Positions 28,116 through 38,108 of a stretch of DNA of 64,000 bases are shown one piece after another. This DNA is from Clostridia bacterium. Lineage in GTDB: Bacteria > Bacillota > Clostridia > TANB77 > CAG-508. How positions within the stretch are numbered: the first letter of the stretch is position 1; every line of letters starts with the position of its first letter. The DNA is taken from the NCBI GenBank assembly GCA_017510825.1, contig JAFWMA010000011.1:57646-121645 (forward strand). The letters run 5' to 3'. Both the position numbers and the translations under genes were made by a program. Under the pieces are notes generated by a model. It made no database searches. It saw only the letters and a program-made list of their open reading frames with translations, and was not told the origin of the DNA.

Positions 28116-30545
28116 ATGGGGAAAATAGTTCTATTAGATGATTTAACAATAAATCAAATAGCGGCTGGTGAAGTTATAGAGAGACCAGCTTCTGTAGTAA
28201 AAGAATTAGTAGAGAACTCAATAGATGCTGGAGCAAAGAATGTTACAGTTGAAATAAAAAATGGTGGTATTTCATATATTAGAGTAACAGATGATGGATC
28301 TGGTATAATGCCAGATGATATGGAAATTGCATTTGAAAGGCATGCAACAAGCAAGATTAGGAAGGCTGATGATTTGAATGTAGTTAAATCAATGGGATTT
28401 AGAGGTGAAGCTTTGGCAAGTATTTCAGCGATTTCTAAAATGGAATTAGTGTCAAAAACATATAAAGAAAAAATTGGATATAAAATAATAGCTGAAGGTG
28501 GAAACATTGTGGATAAGCACGAGGAAGGAGCTCAAAAGGGGACTACAATTACAGTTAAAGAACTATTCTATAATACTCCAGTTAGATATAAATTTTTAAA
28601 GAAGGATTTTACTGAATCAGGTTATATAGAGGATACTGTTACAAGGATTGCTTTAGCTAATCCAAATGTTGCAATAAAGCTAGTAAATACAGGAAAAAAA
28701 GTTATTCAAACTAATGGTAATGGAAAGATTGAAGATTGTATTTATGAGATATTTGGAAGAGAAGTGTTTGATAACATTTTACCAGTTGATTATATTTATG
28801 AAAATTATCACGTTACAGGTGTAATTGGAAAACCAATAATATCTCGTTCAAATAGAACTAATCAAATTTTCTTTGTTAATAAAAGATATGTTAGAAATAA
28901 AACATTATCAAGTGCTGCTGAGCAAGGCTTTAAAGGTTTAGTTACGATTGGTAAACATGGTTTTTTAATTTTGAATATTGATATGAATCCTGGAAAAGTT
29001 GACGTAAATGTACATCCAACAAAACTTGAAATAAGATTTCAAGAAGAGTCTAAAGTTTTTAAAGCAGTATATCACTCAATAAAGGAAACTTTATTGAAAA
29101 GTGATTTAGTTTCAGATCCAGTAAAAGATTATGATGATGTAACACCCAATGATATTCTTAAAGGAATTTCTAATAAACAAAGGGTACAAGCTTGGGATAT
29201 ACAAAATAGTAAAGAAAAAAAGAGCGAAAAACCTAAATTTACAGAGTTTAAAGATACAATATCTGGGTTAGATAGTGAAACTAGGAGAAAATTTATTGAT
29301 GAGATTACAGGCGCTAAAACTCCTGATGATATAATAAAAGGTGCAGTTAAATATACTAATTTAGCCAAAGGTGGATCAATACTTAAAGAAGATAATGAAA
29401 AATACGAACTAGAAAATAAAAAAAATGAATTAAAATCTAAAGAAATTGATGAAGAAGAAAAAACAAATGTAGAAGTTGAGCAGGATAACAATATAAAAGC
29501 TGAAGAGATAGATTCAAAAAGTAAAGCTAAGTTTTTTACAGTTAAAGATGAGACGATAAAAGACACAAACTTTATAGTTAATAAAGAAAATGATAAAGAG
29601 AGTAATAAAACTGAAGAAACTACCTCTATAGATAGTAATTTAGATGAAAAAGAATTAAATAAAATTGAAGATAAAGAAGAAAAAAAAGATCATTTAAATG
29701 ATAAGAAGGATAAGAAAAATAAAAAAAGACTAGAAAGCGAAGATGAAATAATTGAAAAAAATGAAGAAAGGTCAGAAGAACAAGTTCCTGAACTTGTAGA
29801 AGAGAAACTTTCATTTGAGGAAATGTATAAAAAGCTATTTGGAAGAGATATTCAAACAGCCAAAAAAGAATTTGACCAAAAAGTGAAAATTGAAGAACAA
29901 AATAGTCCTATACATAGTATTAAGGATAATGAGATTTCTTTATTTGATATAGAAGGAGTTGAAAAAACTCCTGTGTATCAATTTATAGGTATAGCTTTTA
30001 ATACTTACATTATTCTAACTATGAATGATGAAATGTATTTAATGGATCAACATGCTGCACATGAAAGAATTATGTATGAGAAAGTTAAGAAAAACTATTT
30101 TAATGAAGGTGAGAAAGATTGTCAAATGATGCTTTTACCAGATGTAGTTAATTTGTCAAACAAAGAGATGGGCGTTTTTAGGGATAATAAAGAATTATTT
30201 TTAAAAGCAGGATTTGAAGTAGAGGAATTTGGTGATAATACAGTTAAAATTACTGGGGTTCCAGAATTTTGTCTTGATTTTAACAATAAAGAGATTTTTC
30301 TTGAAACTTTAGATGAGATTGATACAGTTGCTAGAACAGCTAGGCAAGAATTAGAAGATAAATTTTTAGCTACAGTTGCATGTAAAGCTGCTGTAAAGGC
30401 ACATATGGCATTAAGCAAAGATGAGGTAGATAGTTTAATGAAGCAATTGTTGAAGCTTCCAAATCCTTTTAGTTGTCCTCATGGAAGACCAACTGTAATA
30501 AAAATGACAAAGAAAGATATAGAGAAAAAATTCTCAAGAACATAA
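28116..30545 (+). CDS. mutL: DNA mismatch repair protein MutL with an expanded K/E-rich linker
   Basis: GHKL ATPase motifs (VVKELVENSIDAG, DDGSGI, GFRGEAL). C-terminal dimerisation/endonuclease region (DQHAAHERI ... CPHGRP). The linker at about 29100-29900 is K/E/N low-complexity. 809 aa. Confidence 0.95.
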   Translation: MGKIVLLDDLTINQIAAGEVIERPASVVKELVENSIDAGAKNVTVEIKNGGISYIRVTDDGSGIMPDDMEIAFERHATSKIRKADDLNVVKSMGFRGEALASISAISKMELVSKTYKEKIGYKIIAEGGNIVDKHEEGAQKGTTITVKELFYNTPVRYKFLKKDFTESGYIEDTVTRIALANPNVAIKLVNTGKKVIQTNGNGKIEDCIYEIFGREVFDNILPVDYIYENYHVTGVIGKPIISRSNRTNQIFFVNKRYVRNKTLSSAAEQGFKGLVTIGKHGFLILNIDMNPGKVDVNVHPTKLEIRFQEESKVFKAVYHSIKETLLKSDLVSDPVKDYDDVTPNDILKGISNKQRVQAWDIQNSKEKKSEKPKFTEFKDTISGLDSETRRKFIDEITGAKTPDDIIKGAVKYTNLAKGGSILKEDNEKYELENKKNELKSKEIDEEEKTNVEVEQDNNIKAEEIDSKSKAKFFTVKDETIKDTNFIVNKENDKESNKTEETTSIDSNLDEKELNKIEDKEEKKDHLNDKKDKKNKKRLESEDEIIEKNEERSEEQVPELVEEKLSFEEMYKKLFGRDIQTAKKEFDQKVKIEEQNSPIHSIKDNEISLFDIEGVEKTPVYQFIGIAFNTYIILTMNDEMYLMDQHAAHERIMYEKVKKNYFNEGEKDCQMMLLPDVVNLSNKEMGVFRDNKELFLKAGFEVEEFGDNTVKITGVPEFCLDFNNKEIFLETLDEIDTVARTARQELEDKFLATVACKAAVKAHMALSKDEVDSLMKQLLKLPNPFSCPHGRPTVIKMTKKDIEKKFSRT

Positions 30546-30569
30546 ATTAAAATAGGAGAAAATGTAAAT

Positions 30570-30983
30570 ATGGGCACAGGATTAAATATAGCAATTATAA
30601 TGTTAAACCTTTTTTCTATAATTATGCAGATGAAAATGCTTAAAGGGTTTGATAAGGGGAAGACTGTAGCATATATTTTGCTTGGTGAAATTGTTATGTT
30701 TGTTATTAGCTATGTAGTATATGCACTTACTTCTGGAGGCATTCCTAGTGAGGTACATGAAGCATCGAAATGGATGATTTTACTAACAATACTACCAGTT
30801 AATATTATGATTACATATTGTCCAATTTTAAGTTTAATTAATAAAAAAAGCTTTGATGATATTGGTGATATGGAGCTAAAAAAGAAACTATTTATAGTAG
30901 CTGTGGTTGCAGTATTTATTTTTATAATAGAAATAATATATGTAAAAAATATTCAAACTGGTATTGCAAAATTTGCAAACTAG
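30570..30983 (+). CDS. Small polytopic membrane protein, unknown function
   Basis: 137 aa with about 4 predicted TM helices. GGAG RBS. No recognisable motif. Confidence 0.45.
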   Translation: MGTGLNIAIIMLNLFSIIMQMKMLKGFDKGKTVAYILLGEIVMFVISYVVYALTSGGIPSEVHEASKWMILLTILPVNIMITYCPILSLINKKSFDDIGDMELKKKLFIVAVVAVFIFIIEIIYVKNIQTGIAKFAN

Positions 30984-31048
30984 ATATTTAAGTATTAATT
31001 CTAATAAAGAGAAAATTATCAAAAATTTTAGTTAGGAAATTAGAAATA

Positions 31049-31954
31049 ATGAGTGATAAACCGGAGGTTATTGTTATATGTGGTCCAACTGCTTCAGGAA
31101 AAACAAAATTAGGAATAAGTGTTGCTAATTGTATTGATGGAGAAATTGTTTCAGCAGATTCTATGCAAATATATAAGTATATGGATATAGGTACAGCAAA
31201 GCCAACAATGGAGGAAAGAAAGTTGGCAGTTCATCATTTGATTGACTTTGTTGAACCAGATAGAAGATACAGTGTTGCAGATTATAAGATTGATGCAATG
31301 AATGCAATTAAGGATATTTTAAAAAGGAAGAAGGTACCAATAGTTGTTGGGGGAACGGGACTTTATATTAATTCTTTAATTTATAATATAGAGTTTAAGG
31401 AAGAAAAAGTTGATTTAGAATATAGAAAACAGATGGAAAAATATGAAACTTCGGTGTTATATGAAGAAGCTAAAAAAATTGATATTGAAGCAGTGAAGAA
31501 AATTAGTATAAATGATAGAAAAAGGATTATTAGAATTCTAGAAATATATAATTCTACAGGGAAAACAAAAACAGAATTAGAAAAGCAATCTAGAAAAAGA
31601 ATAGAATACAATTATAAGATTTTTGTCTTAAATATGGATAGAGATAAATTGTATTTAAGAATAAATGATAGAGTAGATAGAATGATTAATTTAGGATTAA
31701 TTGATGAGGTAAAATATTTGATAGGAAAATATGATGAATTACCAACTTCTATGCAGGGATTGGGATATAAGGAAGTTGCCGAATATTTAAAAGGAAAGAC
31801 AACAAAAGAAGAAATGATTGAAAAAATAAAACAAGATAGTAGAAGATATGCTAAAAGACAATTGACATGGTTTAGATCATATAAAGGTGCCATTTGGATA
31901 GATGCAGAAAATGATAATAATACTGGTGTTATTCTTAATCATTTGTGTATGTAA
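31049..31954 (+). CDS. miaA: tRNA dimethylallyltransferase
   Basis: P-loop ICGPTASGKT, SADSMQIYKYMDIGTAKP, VGGTGLY. Conserved mutL-miaA linkage. Confidence 0.95.
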   Translation: MSDKPEVIVICGPTASGKTKLGISVANCIDGEIVSADSMQIYKYMDIGTAKPTMEERKLAVHHLIDFVEPDRRYSVADYKIDAMNAIKDILKRKKVPIVVGGTGLYINSLIYNIEFKEEKVDLEYRKQMEKYETSVLYEEAKKIDIEAVKKISINDRKRIIRILEIYNSTGKTKTELEKQSRKRIEYNYKIFVLNMDRDKLYLRINDRVDRMINLGLIDEVKYLIGKYDELPTSMQGLGYKEVAEYLKGKTTKEEMIEKIKQDSRRYAKRQLTWFRSYKGAIWIDAENDNNTGVILNHLCM

Positions 31955-32040
31955 TTAAAAACAATTTAAAACCTTTTTATTGATAAAACAATGTCAAATA
32001 TCATAAGGAGAAAGATTTAATTTTTATTGAAAGGAATGTC

Positions 32041-33537
32041 TTGATTTTGAATAAAAAAAATGACAAAGTACATAATAAAAGAAATAATAGTGGTTTAAGC
32101 AAAGAAGAAATTGAAAAGATTAACAGTATTAATCTTGAGGACAATGACGAACTTAATGATACTGATAGTTTAAAAAATAAAAAAAATAAATTATTAAAAC
32201 CAAATAATAACAAGCTAATTAATAATAAGAAAAATATAATAAAGAGAAAAAAAGACATCAGTACAAGTGAAACTACAGAAGAAAAAAAAATAAGTAAGAT
32301 TAGTAAAAAAGATATAATAAAGTTTTTTTTTGTTTCAATTGTACTTTTAATAATTGCTTTTTATGTATCTCAATCTATTATTAAATTAGTAAAGAATCCA
32401 ACAACTACAGTGTTTATTAAAGAAGGGATTATTGCAAAGGAAGAAACAGATATTGGATATATTATTAGAGATGAAGAGATTGTTAAAGGTGATAATTATA
32501 AAAATGGGATGGAACAAATAATTGGTGAAGGACAAAAAGTTGCAAAAAATCAATCTATTTTTAGATATTATTCAAATAATGAAGATGATTTAAAAAAACA
32601 AATAAAAGATTTAGATGCTGAAATAGAAAAGGCTATTGAAGAGAATAATAATGATTTATTTTCAAGTGATACAAAGATGTTAGATACACAAATAAGTGAG
32701 TATCTTTATAAAATAAATGATATAAATGATGTACAAAAAATACAAGAGAGTAAAAAAGCTATAGATGAAATTTTAACAAAGAAAGCTAAAATTGCTGGAG
32801 AGTTGAGTCCAAAAGGTTCTCATTTAAAGGACCTGATTAATGAGAGAAATGAGTATCAAAGTCAATTAACAAATGATTCAGAATATATTGTTTCACCTAA
32901 AAGTGGAATACTTTCATATAGAGTTGATGGATTAGAAGAAACACTTACTGCTGAAGATTTTTCAAAATATAATCAAGAATTTTTAAATGGATTAAACTTA
33001 AAAACAGGTCAAACAAATGCTACAAATACAGAACAAGGGAAAGTAGTAAATAGTTTTGAATGTTACATTGTTTGCACAAGTAAATCTGAGGAAGCCAAAA
33101 ATGCTGAAGTTGGAGATAAGGTAAAAATTGTTCTACCTAACACAAGAAAGGTGGATGCAACTATTGATTATATTTTAAAAGAAAAAAATAATGAAATGAC
33201 TTTAACTTTAAAATTTGATAGTGGTATTGGAGAATTATTAAATTATAGAAAGATTTCTTTTGATATAATATGGTGGGAGTCAAAAGGATACAAAATTCCA
33301 AATTCTGCGATTTTTACACAAAATAATTTAAATTATGTGATTAAATCTAAGATGGGAATTTTAGAAAGAGTTTTAGTCAAAATTGGTAAGCAAACAGAGA
33401 ATTTTACGATTGTTGAGAACTATGATTCAACTGAAATTCGTGAGCTAAATGTTGATAAAACGGTTAAGACAAAAGTCTCAGTAAACGACGAAATTTTACT
33501 TCAACCTACAAAAGATCAAATTGATTCGACACAGTAA
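32041..33537 (+). CDS. Membrane-anchored coiled-coil protein, HlyD/membrane-fusion-like
   Basis: TTG start. K/N-rich cytoplasmic tail and one TM (FFFVSIVLLIIAFYV). Lipoyl-like hairpin segments (GEGQKVAKNQSIFRYY; VGDKVKIVLPN) flank a long coiled coil. Upstream of sepF, as in many Clostridia. Confidence 0.45.
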   Translation: MILNKKNDKVHNKRNNSGLSKEEIEKINSINLEDNDELNDTDSLKNKKNKLLKPNNNKLINNKKNIIKRKKDISTSETTEEKKISKISKKDIIKFFFVSIVLLIIAFYVSQSIIKLVKNPTTTVFIKEGIIAKEETDIGYIIRDEEIVKGDNYKNGMEQIIGEGQKVAKNQSIFRYYSNNEDDLKKQIKDLDAEIEKAIEENNNDLFSSDTKMLDTQISEYLYKINDINDVQKIQESKKAIDEILTKKAKIAGELSPKGSHLKDLINERNEYQSQLTNDSEYIVSPKSGILSYRVDGLEETLTAEDFSKYNQEFLNGLNLKTGQTNATNTEQGKVVNSFECYIVCTSKSEEAKNAEVGDKVKIVLPNTRKVDATIDYILKEKNNEMTLTLKFDSGIGELLNYRKISFDIIWWESKGYKIPNSAIFTQNNLNYVIKSKMGILERVLVKIGKQTENFTIVENYDSTEIRELNVDKTVKTKVSVNDEILLQPTKDQIDSTQ

Positions 33538-33665
33538 TATTACAAAAATATTACAAAAACTTTAAATTATGATTACATATTGAAAAAACACTTGACATTC
33601 TAATAAAAAAGTAAGATACTTATAGTATCGTATAAACGAATGAGTAATTAGGGAGGTTTCAGAAA

Positions 33666-34121
33666 ATGACTAATGTAGTAAACAAATTGTGGAGTATGAT
33701 TAATGTTAATTCAGGAGAAGAGACAGAAGAATACTACGATGAGCCAGATGAAATATTAGAGGAAGAACAAGAAGAAGTTAAGGGACTATTTGGAAGGAAG
33801 AATAATAAGGTTACGAACTTAGATCGCCAAGTTAAAATGGTAATACTTCAACCAACTGGTTTCGAAAATGCTGAAGAAATTTGTGATTTATTAAGAGAGA
33901 GAAAATCAATTATTATTAATCTAGAATATGTTAATAAAGATGTTGCTAGAAGAATAATTGATGTTGTTAGTGGAGCAGTTCATGTATTGGATGGACATAT
34001 GCAAAAAATATCTAATTCAATCTTCTTGGTAGCACCTTATAACTATAATATTTCAAGTGATGGAAAAGAAGATCTAAAAACAAAGTCACCAGTTTCTTGG
34101 TTAAAAAGTAACAACGCATAA
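33666..34121 (+). CDS. sepF: Cell division protein SepF
   Basis: Conserved C-terminal domain VILQPTGFENAEEICDLLRERKSIIINLEYVNKDVARRIIDVVSGAVHVLDG...IFLVAP. Confidence 0.9.
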   Translation: MTNVVNKLWSMINVNSGEETEEYYDEPDEILEEEQEEVKGLFGRKNNKVTNLDRQVKMVILQPTGFENAEEICDLLRERKSIIINLEYVNKDVARRIIDVVSGAVHVLDGHMQKISNSIFLVAPYNYNISSDGKEDLKTKSPVSWLKSNNA

Positions 34122-34147
34122 GATAATTTGGAAAGGAAAAAGTAGCA

Positions 34148-34600
34148 ATGATTACACCTTTAGAAATAGAAAATAAGAAGTTTTCTAAGAAAAACTTTAA
34201 TGGTTATAATCCTGAAGAAGTTGATGATTTTCTTGATGAATTAGTGAGAGACTACGAGGTTTTATATAGAAAAGCTACAGAAAGTCAAGACCAAATTGAA
34301 GATTTAAGTGAAAAAATTGAGCATTATAATAATATTCAAGAAACATTGCAAAGTACATTAATTATGGCTCAAACTGCGGCTGAAGAGGTTAAAGCAGCTG
34401 CTCAAAAGCAAGCTGAGCAGATTATTAAAAGAGCAGAAAATCAAGCGAAGGAAGCAACTATGGGTATAGACCAAGACTTAAAGTTAAAGAAAAAAGAGCT
34501 TGAAAAAATTAAAAAAGAGTTTGATGTTTATAAAGCTAAAATGGAATCACTACTAATTTCTCAGTTAGAATTATTAAAGGAAGTTAATAAGGATGATTAA
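34148..34600 (+). CDS. divIVA: DivIVA-domain cell division protein
   Basis: N-terminal MITPLEIENKKFSKKNFNGYNPEEVDDFLDELVRDYE is the DivIVA lipid-binding domain signature. A coiled coil follows. Confidence 0.9.
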   Translation: MITPLEIENKKFSKKNFNGYNPEEVDDFLDELVRDYEVLYRKATESQDQIEDLSEKIEHYNNIQETLQSTLIMAQTAAEEVKAAAQKQAEQIIKRAENQAKEATMGIDQDLKLKKKELEKIKKEFDVYKAKMESLLISQLELLKEVNKDD

Positions 34601-34749
34601 TATATAGATTTGGAAAATTACATTTTTGTAACAAAAAAGTTGGAGATATTTGCAAAAAATGCAGATATCTCTTTATTTTATGGCAGAATTGTGATAAAAT
34701 AATAGTGTTACATTAATATTAAGCTAATATTACATTTTTATTAATTATC

Positions 34750-34777
34750 TTGACAAGGAGAAAAATAAAGTTAAAAT
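34750..34777 (+). promoter_or_regulatory. Putative promoter giving a leaderless rsmD transcript
   Basis: TTGACA (34750-34755), 16 nt, TAAAAT (34772-34777). The rsmD ATG (34784) lies 6 nt after the -10, and there is no RBS in between. Confidence 0.35.
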
Positions 34778-34783
34778 AGTAGT

Positions 34784-35377
34784 ATGAGAGTTATAAGTGG
34801 AAGTGCAAAGGGGACTAAAATAAATACAATTGATAGTACGTTAACTAGACCTACTCTTGATAGGGTAAAGGAATCGATGTTTAATATTATACAAACTAAA
34901 ATAAGGGATTCAGTTGTTTTAGATTTATTTGCAGGTAGTGGAGCTCTCGGAATTGAATCATTGAGCAGAGGTGCTAAAAGCTGTGTTTTTTGTGATTCTA
35001 ATATTAAGGCAATAAAAACAATTAATCAAAATCTTTTAAAGACGCATTTACTTGAAAAGTCTTTATTGTTAAATATGGATTATAAAAAATGCCTACAGAA
35101 GCTGTATGATGATTCGTTTAAATTTGATATTGTTTTTATTGATCCGCCTTATAAATCAGACATAGCTGTTAAGGCAATTAAACAATTGATTGAATTAAGA
35201 ATATTAAATTTTGATAGTTTAATTATACTTGAAACAGATGAAATAATTAGGGATGAAATGGAAATTGATATATTACTAAATTCAAATGAAAAAAGTGATT
35301 ATAGCATACGTATAATTGATAAAAGAAAATATGGGAGAGCGAATTTATTATTCTTAGGAATGGATGAGGAGATCTAA
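34784..35377 (+). CDS. rsmD: 16S rRNA (guanine966-N2)-methyltransferase RsmD
   Basis: RVISGSAKG...RPTLDRVKESMFNI, SAM-binding LDLFAGSGALGIE, and the catalytic FIDPPY motif. Confidence 0.9.
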   Translation: MRVISGSAKGTKINTIDSTLTRPTLDRVKESMFNIIQTKIRDSVVLDLFAGSGALGIESLSRGAKSCVFCDSNIKAIKTINQNLLKTHLLEKSLLLNMDYKKCLQKLYDDSFKFDIVFIDPPYKSDIAVKAIKQLIELRILNFDSLIILETDEIIRDEMEIDILLNSNEKSDYSIRIIDKRKYGRANLLFLGMDEEI

Positions 35378-35378
35378 A

Positions 35379-35816
35379 ATGGATATTTTTACTTTATTGG
35401 AAACTTTGGAAGATTTAATAGAAAAAGGAAAGAAAGTTCCTTTTTCTGAAAAATGTATGATCGATCATGATGAAGCTTTGGAATTAATTAAAGAAGTAAG
35501 ATTAAAATTACCTGATGAACTTAAGCAAGCAAAATGGGTTAAAGAAGAAAGGGAGAAAATACTTGCAGAGGCACAGAAAGAAGCAAATGATGTTGTAAAA
35601 GAGGCTGAAAATAGAATAATTTCAATGATTGACGAACACGAAATAACTAAGAAAGCTTATGAGCAAAAGAACCAAATAATGTCTGCAGCGAATGAAAGTT
35701 CAAGACAAATTACACAGGGAGCTAAGGAATATGCTGATAGTATTCTTTCAAATCTTGCTAAATCACTTAGTGAAACTCTAAAGGAGATTGAAAAAGATAG
35801 AAAAGAGCTAAAATAA
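35379..35816 (+). CDS. Conserved coiled-coil protein (family often annotated simply as ATPase)
   Basis: The ORF runs from 35364. GAGGAG RBS favours ATG 35379 (MDIFTLLETLEDLIEKGKKVPFS...). The remainder is a K/E-rich helical protein. Confidence 0.45.
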   Translation: MDIFTLLETLEDLIEKGKKVPFSEKCMIDHDEALELIKEVRLKLPDELKQAKWVKEEREKILAEAQKEANDVVKEAENRIISMIDEHEITKKAYEQKNQIMSAANESSRQITQGAKEYADSILSNLAKSLSETLKEIEKDRKELK

Positions 35817-35829
35817 TAGAGGTGATCTT

Positions 35830-37341
35830 ATGGAGCAAAAATCAAATAAAAAAGTTAATAAAATAATAATTGCTATTTCAGCGATTATTATTTTTGTTAT
35901 ATTAATAGTTGGTATTTTTTTTGTAGCTAGTTATGCTGATAAAGAAAAAGAGGAATTGACTAATAAGAGTAATACTATTATAGAAATGTCAAAAGACAAA
36001 AATGAAGAGGGATATGAAAAAATTACTGAAAATGTTACTGAAGATAACATTGTAGATGATGAAAATCAGATATTAGATAGAAGTTATGGTAAAATTGAAA
36101 TTATTTGGGTTGACAAAAAAAATAATAATATTACTCAACCTTTAAAGCCTGTGTTAAATGGGATGAATGCAATTAAGTTTAATAATACATTGAATAACTT
36201 CGAGCTTACAAATGAAGATGACCAAAGTTGGTTTGACTATTCAACTGGGATATGGGCAAATGCTATGGATGAAAATCAGAGTTTTTTTGTTTGGATTCCT
36301 AGATATGCATATAAGATAATATATTATTCAGATAAAACATATACAAAACCAATTGGATATGCTGATTCTAGGGGTATTTTAAAAATTGGTGATAATAATA
36401 CACTAATAAGAATTGTTAAAAATAATCCAGGTTTAAAAACAGTTGGCAATCATTATATTCTTCATCCAGCATTTATGAACGATACTGCTAGTGGATTTAT
36501 AAATGGCGGATGGGATGATAATCTTGATGGAATATGGGTTTCTAAATATGAAGCTAGTATGGAAGTTAATGGAAAACATACAGAAACTCAAAATCCTCAG
36601 ATAGGAAATGTTGTTATTTCAGATATTGTAAAGGCTGTTAGTAAGCCAAGTGTTTCTTCATGGAGATATATATCTATTGGAAATTGTTATTACAATGCAT
36701 TTAATTATAATAGAAATAGAGAAAGTCATCTTATGAAGAATACTGAATGGGGAGCTGTTGCTTATTTGTCATATAGTAATTTTGGAACAGGTTCAAAAAC
36801 TATCACAATAAATTCTTCACAAGAATATATTGTTGGTGATAGTAAAAATCCTATTGATTCGTTTGTTTATAAAAAAGCTGAATCTTCAAATGGAAATGCA
36901 ACTGGAATATATGATTTGGTTGGAGGAGCTTGGGAATATGTTTCAGCATATATAAATAATGGGTATTATAGGTCACCAGTAAATGGTGGAACTGCTCCAG
37001 GATTTTTATTAGAGAACAATTTAAATTCTAAATACAAAACTATATATTCACATAATGATGCAGATAAAGGAAATGGATTATATAATAGTAATGATGCAAA
37101 TGCAAATTATTTAGCAAATTGCTTAAGAAGGGGAGATTCAATATTAGAAACTTCTACTAATGGATATGGCAATAGCGCATGGAATATTAATGCCTCGCTA
37201 TTTGTTCAGCAAGATGTACCTTTTATGTTAAGAGGTGGAGATTTTGCAAGTGGAGTAAATGCAGGATTATTTAGTTATAATTGTAGTACAGGACAAGCAA
37301 ATGCTGCAGATGGATTTAGAATTGTATTAGCTTTTAAATAA
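35830..37341 (+). CDS. Membrane-anchored exported protein with an FGE/SUMF1-like C-terminal domain
   Basis: N-terminal TM IIIAISAIIIFVILIVGIFFV. The C-terminus MLRGGDFASGVNAGLFSYN...AADGFRIVLAF follows the RGGSW...GFR pattern of the formylglycine-generating-enzyme (C-lectin-like) fold. Related in its ending to 9570, 39932 and 52173. Confidence 0.5.
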   Translation: MEQKSNKKVNKIIIAISAIIIFVILIVGIFFVASYADKEKEELTNKSNTIIEMSKDKNEEGYEKITENVTEDNIVDDENQILDRSYGKIEIIWVDKKNNNITQPLKPVLNGMNAIKFNNTLNNFELTNEDDQSWFDYSTGIWANAMDENQSFFVWIPRYAYKIIYYSDKTYTKPIGYADSRGILKIGDNNTLIRIVKNNPGLKTVGNHYILHPAFMNDTASGFINGGWDDNLDGIWVSKYEASMEVNGKHTETQNPQIGNVVISDIVKAVSKPSVSSWRYISIGNCYYNAFNYNRNRESHLMKNTEWGAVAYLSYSNFGTGSKTITINSSQEYIVGDSKNPIDSFVYKKAESSNGNATGIYDLVGGAWEYVSAYINNGYYRSPVNGGTAPGFLLENNLNSKYKTIYSHNDADKGNGLYNSNDANANYLANCLRRGDSILETSTNGYGNSAWNINASLFVQQDVPFMLRGGDFASGVNAGLFSYNCSTGQANAADGFRIVLAFK

Positions 37342-37369
37342 AATATTTGGAAAATGATAAATAAAAAAC

Positions 37370-37398
37370 TTGACAAAAAGCCATTTACTTAGTATAAT
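37370..37398 (+). promoter_or_regulatory. Consensus sigma-A promoter of rpmF-rpmE
   Basis: TTGACA (37370-37375), 17 nt, TATAAT (37393-37398). Confidence 0.65.
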
Positions 37399-37459
37399 TG
37401 TATAGTGATTTGGAAAAATAATTTTTTAATATATATTATAAGCATAAGGAGGGATTAAA

Positions 37460-37642
37460 ATGGCACAACCAAAAAGAAGATGGTCTAAGCAAAGAACTCA
37501 TACTAAAAGATCTACATGGAAATTAGAAAACAAAAATTTAGTAGAATGTCCACATTGTCATAAACTTACAATACAACATAGAATTTGTCCAAGTTGTGGA
37601 TACTATGATGGAAATGAAGTTATAGCTCAAAAGGCCGAGTAA
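37460..37642 (+). CDS. rpmF: 50S ribosomal protein L32
   Basis: 60 aa. MAQPKRRWSKQRT N-terminus and a CxxC...CxxC zinc ribbon (CPHCHK...CPSCG). Confidence 0.95.
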   Translation: MAQPKRRWSKQRTHTKRSTWKLENKNLVECPHCHKLTIQHRICPSCGYYDGNEVIAQKAE

Positions 37643-37672
37643 TTTACGAAATTTTAGAAAGAGGTGAAGGTA

Positions 37673-37873
37673 ATGAAAGCAGAAATACATCCAGATTATA
37701 CAGAAGCAACGATAACTTGTGCTTGTGGAAATGTTATAAAAACTAATTCAACTAAAGCAGATATGAAAGTTGATGTATGTTCAAAATGTCATCCATTTTG
37801 GACAGGTAATTTAAGAAAAGAAACAAAAGGTGGAAAAGCAGCTAAGTTTAAAGAAAAATATGGAATTAAATAA
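37673..37873 (+). CDS. rpmE: 50S ribosomal protein L31
   Basis: MKAEIHPDY...CACGN...[11 protein letters not shown] is the L31 signature. The ORF opens at 37664, but the ATG at 37673 matches the family N-terminus. Confidence 0.95.
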   Translation: MKAEIHPDYTEATITCACGNVIKTNSTKADMKVDVCSKCHPFWTGNLRKETKGGKAAKFKEKYGIK

Positions 37874-37881
37874 AAATGAAA

Positions 37882-37908
37882 AAGCCTGTGGCATGTGCTA
37901 CAGGCTTT
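37882..37908 (+). terminator. Hairpin terminator after rpmE
   Basis: Long stem AAGCCTGTgGCA / TGCtACAGGCTT (37882-37907) followed by TTT. Confidence 0.6.
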
Positions 37909-37912
37909 AATT

Positions 37913-37996
37913 AAATGAGTCACTGGGGACGGAGCTTTTGACCCACTTTTAGGTCGTTGGGGACGGAGCTTTTGACCCACTTTTATGTCACCATGG
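37913..37996 (+). repeat. GC-rich 34-bp tandem hairpin repeat, locus 1 (2 units plus a partial third)
   Basis: Units at 37913-37946 and 37947-37980 (…GTCACTGGGGACGGAGCTTTTGACCCAC), with a partial unit at 37981-37996. Same family as 50786-50901. Confidence 0.85.
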
Positions 37997-38108
37997 ATAG
38001 AACTATGATACAAGTTGACGAAGAATTTTTTTCTCTAGTGAAAGAGTTGATAAAAATGAGGATGTTAAATTTGATAAAAATAAAGTTGATATTGGGAAGG
38101 ATCTAGAA

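Noticed and set aside
37913-37996. CRISPR array interpretation of the 34-bp repeats (also at 50786-50901)
   Set aside because: Units abut head-to-tail with no unique spacers. There are only 2-3 units, and no cas genes are in the window.
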